Shown here: one piece after another, positions 28,812 to 38,750 of the stretch
How the letters are laid out: the number at the start of each line of letters is the position of its first letter
Numbering within the stretch: position 1 is the first letter of the stretch
Translations under genes and position numbers: made by a program
The notes under the pieces: model-generated
Told to the model about the DNA's origin: nothing
What the model saw: only the letters and a program-made list of their open reading frames with translations
Databases searched by the model: none
From: Polyangia bacterium
GTDB lineage: Bacteria; Myxococcota_A; Polyangia; JAAYKL01
DNA: 64,000 nucleotides
Direction: 5' to 3'
Assembly (NCBI GenBank): GCA_050304755.1
Contig: JBNLED010000095.1
Coordinates: 7,635 to 71,634, forward strand

Positions 28812-28820
28812 CGCCGCCTC

Positions 28821-30371
28821 ATGCGATCCGACAAATCAGGCGCCCTCGATTCCGCCGATGTCTCCGTGCGTGTTCGGGTGCTGCTCGGGCTCTTCGCCAC
28901 CATGGCCATCTTCGCCTTCCTCACGATCTACTCCATCATCTCCCACAAGCATACCGTGGAGAAGGTCGGGCTGATCAAGAGCTCCTATCTCCCCCTGATC
29001 CTCGCGACCTCCGAGATCAGCGCCAACCAGGTCGTCTTCAACATCTTCCTGGACCGGCTGGTGGACGATCCCAACCAGTCCGTGACGCGGGAGTGGATCA
29101 ACGCGGCGCGGCGCTACCGGCCCGAGGAGCTCGAACGGTTGCTCAAGGCCATCACCGCCACCCTCGAGTCCCCGATCCCGAGCGAGGAGGAGATGTTCCT
29201 CGAGGAGATGCGCCACCGGCTGAAGGAGGTCGGCCTTCGATATCAGGACAACGAGCGCCGTTTTCAGGGGCTCTATGACCTGATGGACACCGGCCGGCTC
29301 GACGAGGCCCGGGAGCACATCGAGAGCCTCAAGCGGGTGGAGCGGTTTCTGAACCGCGCCCTGTCCGGGATCGGTGATGATATCAAGCGACACATGATGG
29401 GGATTACCGAGGAGGCGGAGTACGACGGGCTGCGGGCCACCTGGGGGCTCGCCCTCTTCACCGCGGTGGGGGTCCTCATCGCCGGGACCCTCATCGTCTC
29501 GACAAACCGCCTCCTCACCCCCCTAAAGACCCTTCAGGCGGCGGTCCGCAAGGTCTCCCTCGGCGACTTCAAGACCCGCATCGATGTTCAGCGGCAGGAT
29601 GAAATCGGCGCCCTCGCGAACGGATTCAACAAGATGTCCGAGGCGCTGGAGGATCGGGATCAGATGCTGATCCGCTCTGAGCGACTCGCCACCGCGGGGA
29701 AGATGGCCGCCCAGGTGACCCATGAGATCCGGAACCCCCTCTCCTCCCTCGGCCTGAACGCGGAGCTCCTGGAAGAGGAGCTCTCGGTGAAGCAGAGCAC
29801 GGATGAGGCCCTCAACCTGCTCAAGGCCATGCAGGACGAGGTCGACCGGCTCACCAAGATCACCGAATCCTACCTCCGCTACTCCCGGCTGCCCTCGCCG
29901 GAGCCGAAGATGGACGATCTCAATGAGTTGGTGACCGCGGTCCTGGAGTTCATGAGAGAGGAGATAAGGGAGAGCGACATCGTCGTGACGATGCACCTGG
30001 AGGACGATCTGGAGCAGGTCTTCTTCGACCGCGCACAGATCCGCCAGGCCCTCTCCAATCTGGTAAGGAATGCCTGCGAGGTCATGCCCGAGGGGGGCGC
30101 GTTGACGGTCCGTACCCGACGTCGGGAGGAGCACATCGAGCTCCATGTTCAAGACACGGGGACGGGGGTTCCGGATGACGCCGCCGGCCACATCTTCGAA
30201 TCTTTTTTCAGTACCAAGAGCAGCGGCACCGGCCTCGGCCTGCCCCTGGTACGTCAGATCTGCGTCGCCCACGGCGGCGATGCCCGCTTGGAGCGAACCG
30301 GCGACGACGGCAGCTGCTTCGTCATCGCGCTGCCCCGGGTCAAATCAACAGACAGGGACAAGGTGGAATGA
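28821..30371 (+). CDS. Sensor histidine kinase (TM-HAMP-HisKA-HATPase_c)
   Basis: TM VLLGLFATMAIFAFLTIYSII. HAMP (LKTLQAAVRKVSLGDFKTRIDVQRQDEIGALANGFNKMSEAL). H-box AAQVTHEIRNPLSSL. N/G boxes LVRNACEVMPEGG...DTGTGVPDD...GTGLGLPLV. Confidence 0.85.
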   Translation: MRSDKSGALDSADVSVRVRVLLGLFATMAIFAFLTIYSIISHKHTVEKVGLIKSSYLPLILATSEISANQVVFNIFLDRLVDDPNQSVTREWINAARRYRPEELERLLKAITATLESPIPSEEEMFLEEMRHRLKEVGLRYQDNERRFQGLYDLMDTGRLDEAREHIESLKRVERFLNRALSGIGDDIKRHMMGITEEAEYDGLRATWGLALFTAVGVLIAGTLIVSTNRLLTPLKTLQAAVRKVSLGDFKTRIDVQRQDEIGALANGFNKMSEALEDRDQMLIRSERLATAGKMAAQVTHEIRNPLSSLGLNAELLEEELSVKQSTDEALNLLKAMQDEVDRLTKITESYLRYSRLPSPEPKMDDLNELVTAVLEFMREEIRESDIVVTMHLEDDLEQVFFDRAQIRQALSNLVRNACEVMPEGGALTVRTRRREEHIELHVQDTGTGVPDDAAGHIFESFFSTKSSGTGLGLPLVRQICVAHGGDARLERTGDDGSCFVIALPRVKSTDRDKVE

Positions 30372-31144
30372 AAATGAGCATCAGAAAGAACCGAAAACCG
30401 AACGAACTGAGAGACGTCACCATCGAAACGGGCTTCACCAAACACCCCGAGGGGTCGGTGCTGATCCGCTGCGGGGACACCGCGGTGATCTGCACGGCGA
30501 CCGTGGACGAGCGGGTCAAGGAGTGGTTGAAGGGCCGAGGGCGGGGGTGGGTCACGGCGGAATACGCCATGCTCCCGCGGGCGAACGCGCAGCGCATCCT
30601 GAGAGAGGGGCAGTTCGGCCGCTGGCCCCAGGGGCGTTCCCAGGAGATCCAGCGTCTCATCGGGCGATGTCTCCGCGGGGCGGTGTGGCCCGCCCGGGTC
30701 GGAGAGCGGACCGTCACCATCGACTGTGACGTCATCCAGGGGGACGGGGGGACGCGGACCGCGTCGGTGACCGGCGGCTTCGTGGCGCTGGCGCTGGCCC
30801 TCGACAAGCTGATGAAGCAGAAGCTCATCACCAAGCCCCCCCTCAAGAACACGCTGGCCGCGGTCAGCGTGGGCATCGTGTCGGGGGAACCGCTCCTCGA
30901 CCTGGAGTATATCGAGGACTCCAACGCGGACGTGGATCTGAACCTCGCCGCGTACGAGACCGGCGAGATCGTAGAGGTGCAGGGGACCGCGGAGGGGAAG
31001 AGCTATTCCCGCGACGATTTGATGCGGCTCACCGATTTGGCCCTCGAGGGGGTGATGTCGCTCACGAGAATACAGCGGCGGGTCCTCTCCGACGCCGGGG
31101 TGGAGCTCGACGCCCTGATCGACCGCAGGGAGGACCTGAAGTGA
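30368..31144 (+). CDS. rph: Ribonuclease PH
   Basis: NELRDVTIETGFTKHPEGSVLIRCGDTAVICTATV...GRWPQGRSQEIQRLIGRCLR...DCDVIQGDGGTRTASVTGGFVAL is full-length RNase PH. ATGA overlap with the kinase stop. Confidence 0.9.
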   Translation: MKMSIRKNRKPNELRDVTIETGFTKHPEGSVLIRCGDTAVICTATVDERVKEWLKGRGRGWVTAEYAMLPRANAQRILREGQFGRWPQGRSQEIQRLIGRCLRGAVWPARVGERTVTIDCDVIQGDGGTRTASVTGGFVALALALDKLMKQKLITKPPLKNTLAAVSVGIVSGEPLLDLEYIEDSNADVDLNLAAYETGEIVEVQGTAEGKSYSRDDLMRLTDLALEGVMSLTRIQRRVLSDAGVELDALIDRREDLK

Positions 31145-31737
31145 AGAGAGTCATCATCGCCACCCGGAACCGCGGCAAGCTCAAGGAGCTGAAGGAGCGG
31201 CTGGAAAGCCTGGACTGCGAGGTGACCTCCCTCGCGGACTTCAATGATCGATTCGAGGTCGAGGAGGACGCCGACACCTTCGAGGGGAACGCGCTGAAGA
31301 AGGCCCGTGCCGTCTTCGAGCTCACCGGTCTCCCGACCCTCGCCGACGACTCCGGGCTCGAGGTGGACGCCCTCGAGCGGAAGCCGGGGGTTCACTCCGC
31401 GAGGTACGGCGGTTCCGGACTCGATGACAGCGGCCGTTGCGAGCTGCTCCTGAACGAGCTCGCCCACGTCCCCCCCCAGAAACGCACCGCCCGCTTCCGA
31501 GCGGCCCTCGTCTATTTGGCGCCGGGGGAGTCTCCGGTGACGTTCCACGGCGACGTCGAGGGGAGGATCGGCCTGGAGCTCTCGGGGGAGCACGGTTTCG
31601 GCTACGATCCAGTGTTCATTCCGGAGGGCTACCGGGACACGATGGCCGCCCTCGGTCCGGAGATCAAGGGTCGCATCAGCCACCGGGCCAAGGCCCTCGA
31701 CGCCTTCGTCGACTATTTCAGAGACCGGATGGCTTAG
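31141..31737 (+). CDS. rdgB: dITP/XTP pyrophosphatase (RdgB/Ham1 family)
   Basis: GTG start overlapping the rph stop. MKRVIIATRNRGKLKELKE...DDSGLEVDAL...FGYDPVFIPEGY...GPEIKGRISHRAKAL. Conserved rph-rdgB pair. Confidence 0.9.
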   Translation: MKRVIIATRNRGKLKELKERLESLDCEVTSLADFNDRFEVEEDADTFEGNALKKARAVFELTGLPTLADDSGLEVDALERKPGVHSARYGGSGLDDSGRCELLLNELAHVPPQKRTARFRAALVYLAPGESPVTFHGDVEGRIGLELSGEHGFGYDPVFIPEGYRDTMAALGPEIKGRISHRAKALDAFVDYFRDRMA

Positions 31738-31795
31738 CCCGGGGGGAGGACCGGCGCGAGATTGGCCCATCGACTCGTCGCGTTTTCACGATATA

Positions 31796-32260
31796 ATGGG
31801 CCTTATGATTCACCATGCAATCCTTTCATTCGTAATCCTGGTCTGTTCCTTTTCTTCCCGGCAGCTCATGGCCGATGACTCGGCGGGGATCGTCGGCACC
31901 TGGCTCTCCGAGGACAAGACGGGGAAGATACAGATATTCAAGTGCGGCGCCAAGTACTGCGGCAAGGTCGTATGGATCAAGCCGTCAAAGGAACATCCGG
32001 ACCCGCAACAGATCCTGGACGTCCACAACCCCGCCCCCGAACGGCGCGCCGACAAGATCATCGGTAAGACGATACTGTGGGGGCTCACCTATGACCGCGA
32101 CGAGCGCGTTTGGGAGGATGGCTCCATCTACGATAACCGCAAGGGAAAGGTCTACAGCTGTGAGGTCTCCCTCCGCGGCGGCGGGAAGGAGCTGCTCCTC
32201 AGAGGGTTCGTGGGGATCTCGCTGCTCGGGAAGACCACCACCTGGACCCGGGTCGGCTGA
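31796..32260 (+). CDS. DUF2147 family periplasmic protein
   Basis: Signal peptide. GTWLSEDKTGKIQIFKCGAKYCGKVVWIKPSKEHPDPQQILDVHNPAPERRADKIIGKTILWGLTYD...GSIYDNRKGKVYSCEVSLRGGGKELLLRGFVGISLLGKTTTWTRV matches the DUF2147 signature. Confidence 0.7.
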   Translation: MGLMIHHAILSFVILVCSFSSRQLMADDSAGIVGTWLSEDKTGKIQIFKCGAKYCGKVVWIKPSKEHPDPQQILDVHNPAPERRADKIIGKTILWGLTYDRDERVWEDGSIYDNRKGKVYSCEVSLRGGGKELLLRGFVGISLLGKTTTWTRVG

Positions 32261-32277
32261 ACGAGCCCCACCCCGAA

Positions 32278-32985
32278 TCAGGACTCTTTCTTGTGCCCGG
32301 CGGTCAGCTGGAGCCCCACCCCTTCGAAGAGGAAGTAGACGGCGAAGCCCCACCAGAGGGTGTAGATGACGTAGAAGATGAGCGCGCCGGTCAGGATGAG
32401 CCAGCGATCCGAGGCCTTCTCGGGGGTGATCGTGTAGTAGTTGTATCCCACCTCGATGCCGCGGGATATCAGCTCGCCGATATAGGAGGACTCGGGAAAG
32501 CGCTTCTTGGAATCCATCTCCTTGGCGATCGCCTTGAAGGTCTTCCACCACGCCAGAAGGACGCGCTTCTCGGGGATGCCGTACCGATCACTCACTGCCT
32601 TCCCCCGGTTCTCGAACATGTCGTCCGAATCCCTGAGGACCGCGTCGTAGAGGGTCCCCATGGCCACCTCGACCTTCAGCGCGTCGTCCCCGGAGGGGGT
32701 CACATCGGCCCCTGCCGCGACCAGCACCTTCCGGGCGTCGTCAAGGATCTCCTTCTCCAGGGTGAGGGTCCCTTCGAGCTCGGCCTTCGCGTGGGGTTTC
32801 GCGTTCTCCCTGAGCAGGGGGATGTAGTAGGTGGACCCCTTGGAGATGGTATTGAAGAGCTTGTCCGTCGCCCGGAACGCATTGCCCCCTTTGAAGATGG
32901 GCATGAACATGACGCAGAGAATTCCGACGAAGACCAGCGCCATCACGCTCCCCCTCAGAAACGCTCTCTTATCCTTGATCAGCAT
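32278..32985 (-). CDS. Hypothetical membrane protein (N- and C-terminal TM helices), adjacent to the TauE/SafE gene
   Basis: 235 aa with TM helices at both ends and a soluble middle. Stop of the upstream gene (32989) lies 4 nt from its start, so likely co-transcribed. Confidence 0.45.
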   Translation of the reverse strand: MLIKDKRAFLRGSVMALVFVGILCVMFMPIFKGGNAFRATDKLFNTISKGSTYYIPLLRENAKPHAKAELEGTLTLEKEILDDARKVLVAAGADVTPSGDDALKVEVAMGTLYDAVLRDSDDMFENRGKAVSDRYGIPEKRVLLAWWKTFKAIAKEMDSKKRFPESSYIGELISRGIEVGYNYYTITPEKASDRWLILTGALIFYVIYTLWWGFAVYFLFEGVGLQLTAGHKKES

Positions 32986-32988
32986 GGC

Positions 32989-34266
32989 TCAGTCCTCCCC
33001 TCGCAGCGTCTTGATGTTGGTGAAGAACTTCGTGATGACCCAGAAGGAGAAAATCCCGATGGCGATAAAGAACGTCAGGTTTCCGATAAAGGCCAGTGTA
33101 TCCGAGGTCCCCTTCGAGATGGAGATCAACTCCAGCTCGTCGAGCTTGGCCGGGAGCGCGAAGAGCCGGTTGGCGAACCCTGCGAGGATGGCGATGGCGT
33201 AGAACGCCCGGATGTATATCCCCTTGATGACCTTGGTGGTCAACGCGCCGAGCTGGATTCCGAGGAGCGATCCGATGAGCATCCCCATGGCGAGGGTGTA
33301 GAAGATGAAGCCGTGGATGGCGTACTGGGAGATGGAGGCGAACCCGGCGGTGAAGATGATCTGCATGATGTCGGTGCCCACGGTCGTAAACGAGGAGACC
33401 CCGAGGATGTAGACGAACATTGGGAACGTGAGGAAGCCGCCCCCCACCCCCATGATGGCGGCCACGAACCCCACCACGGCGCCGCACAGGGCCACGAACA
33501 GCGCGGGGATGCGCTTTCCCCCGGGGACCAGATCCTGATCGAACTTGATGAGGGGGGGGATCTTGGCGGACTGCAACCTGGCGGAGAGGGTCTTCTTGGA
33601 GCCGTCCTGCGCTATGCCACCGCCGTGGGCGTCCACGTCCTCCCCCTTCTTCCGGAGCTTCAGGAAGTCGATGAGGGCGAAGATCCCGAGGAAGCCCAGC
33701 ATCAACACGTACAGGAGGCTGATAAACGTGTCGCTGAGCACCGGGTTGGTCTCGTACAGGGCCCGGTTGACCTGTCCGCCGCCCAGCACACCGACCCCCG
33801 ACCCGACAAGAAACGCGACGGCCAGGGGCACGGAGACATTACCGAGCTTCTTGTGCACCGCCGTCCCCATCATGGCCTTGGCGAAGATGTGGAAGAGGTC
33901 GGTGCCCACCGCGAGGATCCCCTTGATGCCGGCGCTCATCAGGGCCGGTGTAATGATGAAGCCGCCGCCAGCGCCGATGCACCCCGTAATGAGCCCGGCG
34001 CAGAGTCCGATGAGGATGGAGACGAGGAAGATCTCAGGGGTATAGAAGGCCGGGCTGTAGGCCTTCTTCCCCCCCAGGATGGCGGGGAGGGTCTCGGCGT
34101 CGAGCGCCATGGCCCACGACGCCGCGAGTATCGGCGTGGCCAGGGCGATGAGGATCAGGAGCTTCTTGCGGTTCCGGAGGATGGAGAGCGAGGTCTCCAC
34201 CTCCCACTGTGCGTGGGCCCTCGCGGCTGTAAAAAGAAACTCCCCTACGCTGCGAAACCATCTCAT
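32989..34266 (-). CDS. TauE/SafE (TSUP, DUF81) family sulfite/anion exporter-like permease
   Basis: Two repeats with GxGGG motifs (GCIGAGGGFIITPALM; MGVGGGFLTFPMFVYILG), ~8+ TM helices, 425 aa. Confidence 0.8.
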   Translation of the reverse strand: MRWFRSVGEFLFTAARAHAQWEVETSLSILRNRKKLLILIALATPILAASWAMALDAETLPAILGGKKAYSPAFYTPEIFLVSILIGLCAGLITGCIGAGGGFIITPALMSAGIKGILAVGTDLFHIFAKAMMGTAVHKKLGNVSVPLAVAFLVGSGVGVLGGGQVNRALYETNPVLSDTFISLLYVLMLGFLGIFALIDFLKLRKKGEDVDAHGGGIAQDGSKKTLSARLQSAKIPPLIKFDQDLVPGGKRIPALFVALCGAVVGFVAAIMGVGGGFLTFPMFVYILGVSSFTTVGTDIMQIIFTAGFASISQYAIHGFIFYTLAMGMLIGSLLGIQLGALTTKVIKGIYIRAFYAIAILAGFANRLFALPAKLDELELISISKGTSDTLAFIGNLTFFIAIGIFSFWVITKFFTNIKTLRGED

Positions 34267-34539
34267 TCAGTCACCTGCGGTACCTTTCAATATCAGAACG
34301 CGCATTCAGCTTCGACCGACCGTAACACGAGCGGTCAGCCGTGTTATTCCTGTTTTCGTATCCAATAGAGTTGCGGTGCTGGGGTCGGCAAGTCGAAACA
34401 TCAAATTCTAGTTACCTGGCTTGTCGATCGCTCAATAGAGAATCGGTTTTTATATCGCTGATTGCACTTCTAACACTAAAAAGACACCCTTGCCTAGACG
34501 TATTTTCGGTTTATGGAGTAGGAATCGAGACGTAATAAA

Positions 34540-35352
34540 TCAATAGGCGCCCAGGAAGGCGGAGGGCCTGACGTCGACCTTGACCGTTTCGACGCCCTCT
34601 ATTCTCTTCGCGATATCGACGACTTGCCGACAGACAACATTTTCCTGGTGGAGCGGTGCCTCGACATGGACCGTGACCTTCCCCCCCTCCGCCGAGACCT
34701 GGACCTGCGGCCATCCGGCCACCACCGCGGCCTTGACCTTCGCCGCCAGGGCCAAGTTGTCCAGCGCCTGCCGGGATTCCGGCGTGGTCTGAAAATGGGG
34801 AAGCGTGACGGTATGGCAAATGATATCCACCGCGTCATTCACGGAGAGCGTCTTGATATGGAGCACCATATCATAGAGCGAGGAGTCCGAGGTGTCCGCG
34901 CCGTAGAGGGTGAGCGACCACCGGCGACGCTCATCGTCGTCCTTCTTCAACAGGGATCGCGCCTGGTCCGCGGTGATGTTCTCCCGCTCCATCTCGAGCC
35001 GGACCCGATCCTCCAGGTCCGCGATGATCCGCACCTTCAGGGAATGCCGGATCCCCGTCAGGAAGAAGTGCCCGGCGAGACCGTGGTAGACCACATTGTC
35101 CTTCTGGAAGTTTCTGAGGATCGCCTCCTGAATATAGGATACGTAGCGCTCCTTGCCGTGGGTGAACCGATCCAGCACCGAGGGGGCGTCATGGAGCGCC
35201 CGGATCAGCTTGATCTCGGGGGTGTTGAACTGCTCGGAGGCCTCAAGGAGGATATCCCGCGAGAGACATTCGTATCCGAGCCGTTCCGCCACCGTCTCCG
35301 CGATCTCTTTGCCCTTGCTGAAGGAGCCTCTGGATATTGTGATGATTGACAT
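34540..35352 (-). CDS. Cytidylate-kinase-like family protein (PF13189-like) with C-terminal BON domain
   Basis: N-terminus MSIITISRGSFSKGKEIAETVAERLGYECLSRDIL is typical of the Cytidylate_kin2 family. C-terminal LAAKVKAAVVAGWPQVQVSAEGGKVTVHVEAPLHQENVVCRQVVDIAKRIEGVETVKVDV is BON-like. Confidence 0.65.
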   Translation of the reverse strand: MSIITISRGSFSKGKEIAETVAERLGYECLSRDILLEASEQFNTPEIKLIRALHDAPSVLDRFTHGKERYVSYIQEAILRNFQKDNVVYHGLAGHFFLTGIRHSLKVRIIADLEDRVRLEMERENITADQARSLLKKDDDERRRWSLTLYGADTSDSSLYDMVLHIKTLSVNDAVDIICHTVTLPHFQTTPESRQALDNLALAAKVKAAVVAGWPQVQVSAEGGKVTVHVEAPLHQENVVCRQVVDIAKRIEGVETVKVDVRPSAFLGAY

Positions 35353-35492
35353 GGTTCTCCTTGTCTTTACGAATCCGTTGAAATAGTCTCCCGGCTTTCT
35401 ACAAGAGTCAAGCTGTCGCTGGCAATCCCCCCTGTATCCCGTAGTGGTTTGTGATACTCTCCCCGGAACACGGGAGTGATCAGGGAGGACAC

Positions 35493-36794
35493 ATGCTCGG
35501 TATAGACGGCAATCGCTTTACGTTGAACGGCGTCCCCGCCTTGTTGCGGGGGGTGGGACTCGGCAACTGGCTCAACCTGGAGCACTTTCTCATCGGCATC
35601 CCCGGAGCGGAGCAGGAGATCCGGCGCTGCGTGCTCGACCGCTACGGCCCGGAGGCCGCGGAGGCCTTCTGGCGCCGCTACTTCGGGCGCTCGGTCGGCG
35701 AAGCGGACCTCCGATATCTCCGGCGGCTGGGGTTCAACTCGATCCGCGTTCCGGTGAACCACCGCCTGTTTCCGACCACGGGACGTTTCGAGGACGCGCC
35801 GGCGGTCCGTGAGCTGGACCGGGTGATCGAGTTGTGCGGACGCAACGATCTGGTCTGCATCATCGATCTGCACGCCGCCCCCGGCGGACAGAACCCGGAC
35901 TGGCACAGCGACAACATCACCGGTGACTACGAATTCTGGAGGCGTCCGGCGCACCGGGCGCGGGCGGTCTCCCTCTGGGGCGACCTGGCGGCGCGCTACG
36001 CCGCCTGTCCGGCGCTCGGGGGGTACGATCTCGTCAACGAGCCCTGCTACTTCGAGCCGGAGCTGGACGCCGTGCTGACGGCGTTCTCCGAGGAGTGCAC
36101 GCGCGCCATCCGGCGCTTCGACACGGACCACATCATCTTTCTCGAGGGCAACACCTACTCCCGCGACTTCTCCATGTTCACCGAGCCTTCGGACGACCGG
36201 ATCGCCTACACCTTCCACTACTACCCGTTCCTCCAGATCGCCGCCGAGCTCTCGAAGGAGAACATCGGAGAGGTGCTCCGAGAGAGCCTGTTCTCGGATG
36301 TCACCTTGCACCATCTGCAGGACCTGGGGCGCCCCCTCTGGTGCGGCGAGACGGGTCATCCCCATCACCTTCCGGCGAGCCTCCCGGCCCTGAAGACCTA
36401 CCTCGAGCTGCTCGAGTCCCTCGACATCTCCTGGGCCCTCTGGCCCTACAAGGACGCGCGGGCCATGGGGATCGTCAGTCCTCCAAAAGAGGGACGCTGG
36501 ATGCGGCTGGTGAAGCGGCTCTCGGGCTGGTCGTTCTGGGACATCTTCAACGAGGACAGCATCCTCGCGGCGGATAGGGCCGGCGACAAAAAACGCTTCT
36601 ACAAGCGCCTCGCCGAGGAGAGTACGCGGGCGAACCGGCGATTCGGTGAGAACCTGGCGGCCGTGTCGTTCGAGGAGCTGATGGCGGCCGTCGACGACTG
36701 GGGGTTCGAGGTTTGCGAGGAGAACGGTCCCCTCGTCGACCTCATCCGACAGCTCCCGAGGCCAGGGACACCGCTTCGAAAGACAAAGCGATAG
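35493..36794 (+). CDS. Glycoside hydrolase family 5 (cellulase-like)
   Basis: GGGAGGA RBS. FNSIRVPV, acid/base motif YDLVNEPCY (NEP), nucleophile region LWCGETG, HYYP. No signal peptide. Confidence 0.75.
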   Translation: MLGIDGNRFTLNGVPALLRGVGLGNWLNLEHFLIGIPGAEQEIRRCVLDRYGPEAAEAFWRRYFGRSVGEADLRYLRRLGFNSIRVPVNHRLFPTTGRFEDAPAVRELDRVIELCGRNDLVCIIDLHAAPGGQNPDWHSDNITGDYEFWRRPAHRARAVSLWGDLAARYAACPALGGYDLVNEPCYFEPELDAVLTAFSEECTRAIRRFDTDHIIFLEGNTYSRDFSMFTEPSDDRIAYTFHYYPFLQIAAELSKENIGEVLRESLFSDVTLHHLQDLGRPLWCGETGHPHHLPASLPALKTYLELLESLDISWALWPYKDARAMGIVSPPKEGRWMRLVKRLSGWSFWDIFNEDSILAADRAGDKKRFYKRLAEESTRANRRFGENLAAVSFEELMAAVDDWGFEVCEENGPLVDLIRQLPRPGTPLRKTKR

Positions 36795-36887
36795 AGATCC
36801 GAGATACGCCTCCTCTGGTCATGGAGGAAGAGTGAGACGGGGCCGTTAGGGTCTTGTTTTTTGAAACCGGTTTGGTAGCCTCCCGTC

Positions 36888-37676
36888 ATGATGTCGCGAA
36901 TCGGATTATCGTTCTGTTTTTGTTTACTCACAACTTCGTGCGCCAAATCCCGAGAAGAGACGCCCGCCGTTGAGAAACAGGCGCCCTCGACCGAGCAGTC
37001 CGCGCTGCTGAAGGAGGCCAAAACGCTGACCGAGGCGGCGTACGATCTCAAGCTCGAGGGGAGGAATCGAGAGGCCCTCGAGCGGTTCGAGAAGGCCTTC
37101 GCCCTCCTGAATCGCGCGGCGGGACCGGAGAGCGGGGACGTGGCGTCCAACCTGGACGATCAGGCCACCGTACACCTCCGCACCGGTCAGTATCAGAGGG
37201 CCCGGGCGCTCTATCGTCAGGCCCTCGCCATCGAGAAGAGGCGCGCGCCGGAGGGATCCCGCCTGGCATCGGGGGTCGAACGACGCCTGGCCACGCTCGA
37301 CGCGCTGGAGCACCATGAGCACGTCTGCCGGGAACCCCTTACCCCTAGAAGCGAAGGTACAGAGGCGAACAGCAGTCCTCCCCTGCCCTATTTCCCCGAG
37401 AAGCAGGCGCTCTATACCGCCTACGCCAGGATGGCGGATGAGCTGAAGCCCTGTCTGGAGAAGTCCCACTCGTCAAAGCCAATTCCCGTCTGGACCGTGC
37501 TCCTCGGTACCGGCCGGATCGTGCTGGCGCGCACCGAGGGACCGCTGGCAGGAACAGAACCCGCGAAGTGTCTGGAGACAACACTCATCAAGGTCTCTCC
37601 GAAGTATGCCGATGATATGCCCCACTTCAGAGCCTGCTATCGTAATTTCAAATACCCGTTTCTCATTGTCTTGTAG
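36888..37676 (+). CDS. Hypothetical lipoprotein with TPR-like N-terminal region
   Basis: Signal peptide MMSRIGLSFCFCLLTTSCAK (lipobox-like). Helical repeats (EALERFEKAFALL; RARALYRQALAI). Confidence 0.5.
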   Translation: MMSRIGLSFCFCLLTTSCAKSREETPAVEKQAPSTEQSALLKEAKTLTEAAYDLKLEGRNREALERFEKAFALLNRAAGPESGDVASNLDDQATVHLRTGQYQRARALYRQALAIEKRRAPEGSRLASGVERRLATLDALEHHEHVCREPLTPRSEGTEANSSPPLPYFPEKQALYTAYARMADELKPCLEKSHSSKPIPVWTVLLGTGRIVLARTEGPLAGTEPAKCLETTLIKVSPKYADDMPHFRACYRNFKYPFLIVL

Positions 37677-37768
37677 ACAATGGTTACAATCTTGTGGTAT
37701 TTTTATATTTATGATGTATAACACTAACAGGACCATGTATCATTGGCAGCACATTGAACAGGAGCCCC

Positions 37769-38107
37769 ATGGATAACAGAAGACAGAAGCGTCGCTATCG
37801 TGCCCGTCTCAAGGGCCACCTCTGGTTCGAAGGGCAAAAAGTCTCCGTGGAGACCGTCAATCTCAGCGAATCGGGGGTCCGCATCACCCTGGACATGCCG
37901 CTCCTCGAAGGGTCCGATGTCCGGCTGCACCTCGACGTTTCACCGAACGGGGTCATGAAGGTCGAGCCCATCGTCGCCAACGGGGTGGTCGTCTGGTGCC
38001 AGGAGGATATTGAGGTGGGCTACCAGGCGGGGATTCGATTCGTCACCCTCTCGACGGATCATGTGAATTATCTCTCCCACTCCCTCCCCTCCTATCCCCC
38101 GGCGTGA
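37769..38107 (+). CDS. PilZ-domain protein (c-di-GMP receptor)
   Basis: GGAG RBS. RRQKRRYRAR (RxxxR) and NLSESGVRI (D/NxSxxG) motifs. 113 aa. The ORF could also start at TTG 37754. Confidence 0.7.
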   Translation: MDNRRQKRRYRARLKGHLWFEGQKVSVETVNLSESGVRITLDMPLLEGSDVRLHLDVSPNGVMKVEPIVANGVVVWCQEDIEVGYQAGIRFVTLSTDHVNYLSHSLPSYPPA

Positions 38108-38212
38108 TCTCATTGTGGGCCTGGATCATCCAAGCCTTTTTCATTTGTATATTCATTTAGATAGACGCATTATTTCATATTCTTCACAAAGTTCCAAGTT
38201 GTCTTGATGGTA

Positions 38213-38746
38213 TCACTGAGAGACTATGGGATCCGGGCAGTCGCGCTCGAAGGCACAGCCGACACAGTCCTCTCCGATCCAGAAGCGGTCGAAGAGGCCG
38301 GCGAGCTGCTTGACGAAGGGGGGCTCATCGCTGACCAGGCCGAGCTCCAGGTTCCGCCGGGAGGCCTTCTTGACCCCCAGCCCGGCGCCGGTGAAGTTGG
38401 CGGATCCCATGTATCCGTGCCGGTTGTCCACGATCACCATCTTCCAGTGGGATCGGGGGCAGATCTGGAGCTCCAGCCGGCCGCTGGTCAGCCGCGGGAA
38501 GCCCTCCAGGGTCTTCCGGAAGTGGGAGGACGGCAGATCGCTGTGCACGACGCGGAAGGTCACGCCGTGCCGGGCCATCTGATCGAACTGTTCCAGGATC
38601 GGGCGATACCCGCGGGGGGTGCTGATATGCATGTCCTTGAGATTCGCGGTGGCGATCCAGACGGTCCGGCTCGCGCCGAGCACCATCTCATGGATCACCT
38701 TCTGATGGAGCGCCTCGCCGCTGATGATCTCGAGGTCGGACAGCAT
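38213..38746 (-). CDS. Phospholipase D-family single-HKD-domain protein (Nuc-like nuclease/phosphodiesterase fold), cytoplasmic
   Basis: Perfect HKD motif HWKMVIVDNRHGYMGSANFT (HxK-x4-D-x6-GSxN). 177 aa. No signal peptide. Cys-rich C-terminus (CVGCAFERDC). Start is 4 nt after the stop of the upstream PilZ gene. Confidence 0.8.
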   Translation of the reverse strand: MLSDLEIISGEALHQKVIHEMVLGASRTVWIATANLKDMHISTPRGYRPILEQFDQMARHGVTFRVVHSDLPSSHFRKTLEGFPRLTSGRLELQICPRSHWKMVIVDNRHGYMGSANFTGAGLGVKKASRRNLELGLVSDEPPFVKQLAGLFDRFWIGEDCVGCAFERDCPDPIVSQ

Positions 38747-38750
38747 CTAG

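Noticed and set aside
32293-34368. 691-aa plus-strand ORF
   Set aside because: Antisense to the TauE/SafE and membrane-protein genes. Translation is Gly/Asp/Glu/Pro-rich low complexity with no start context. Shadow ORF.
35367-36368. 333-aa minus-strand ORF
   Set aside because: Antisense to the GH5 gene, which has clear catalytic motifs and an RBS. No recognisable family.
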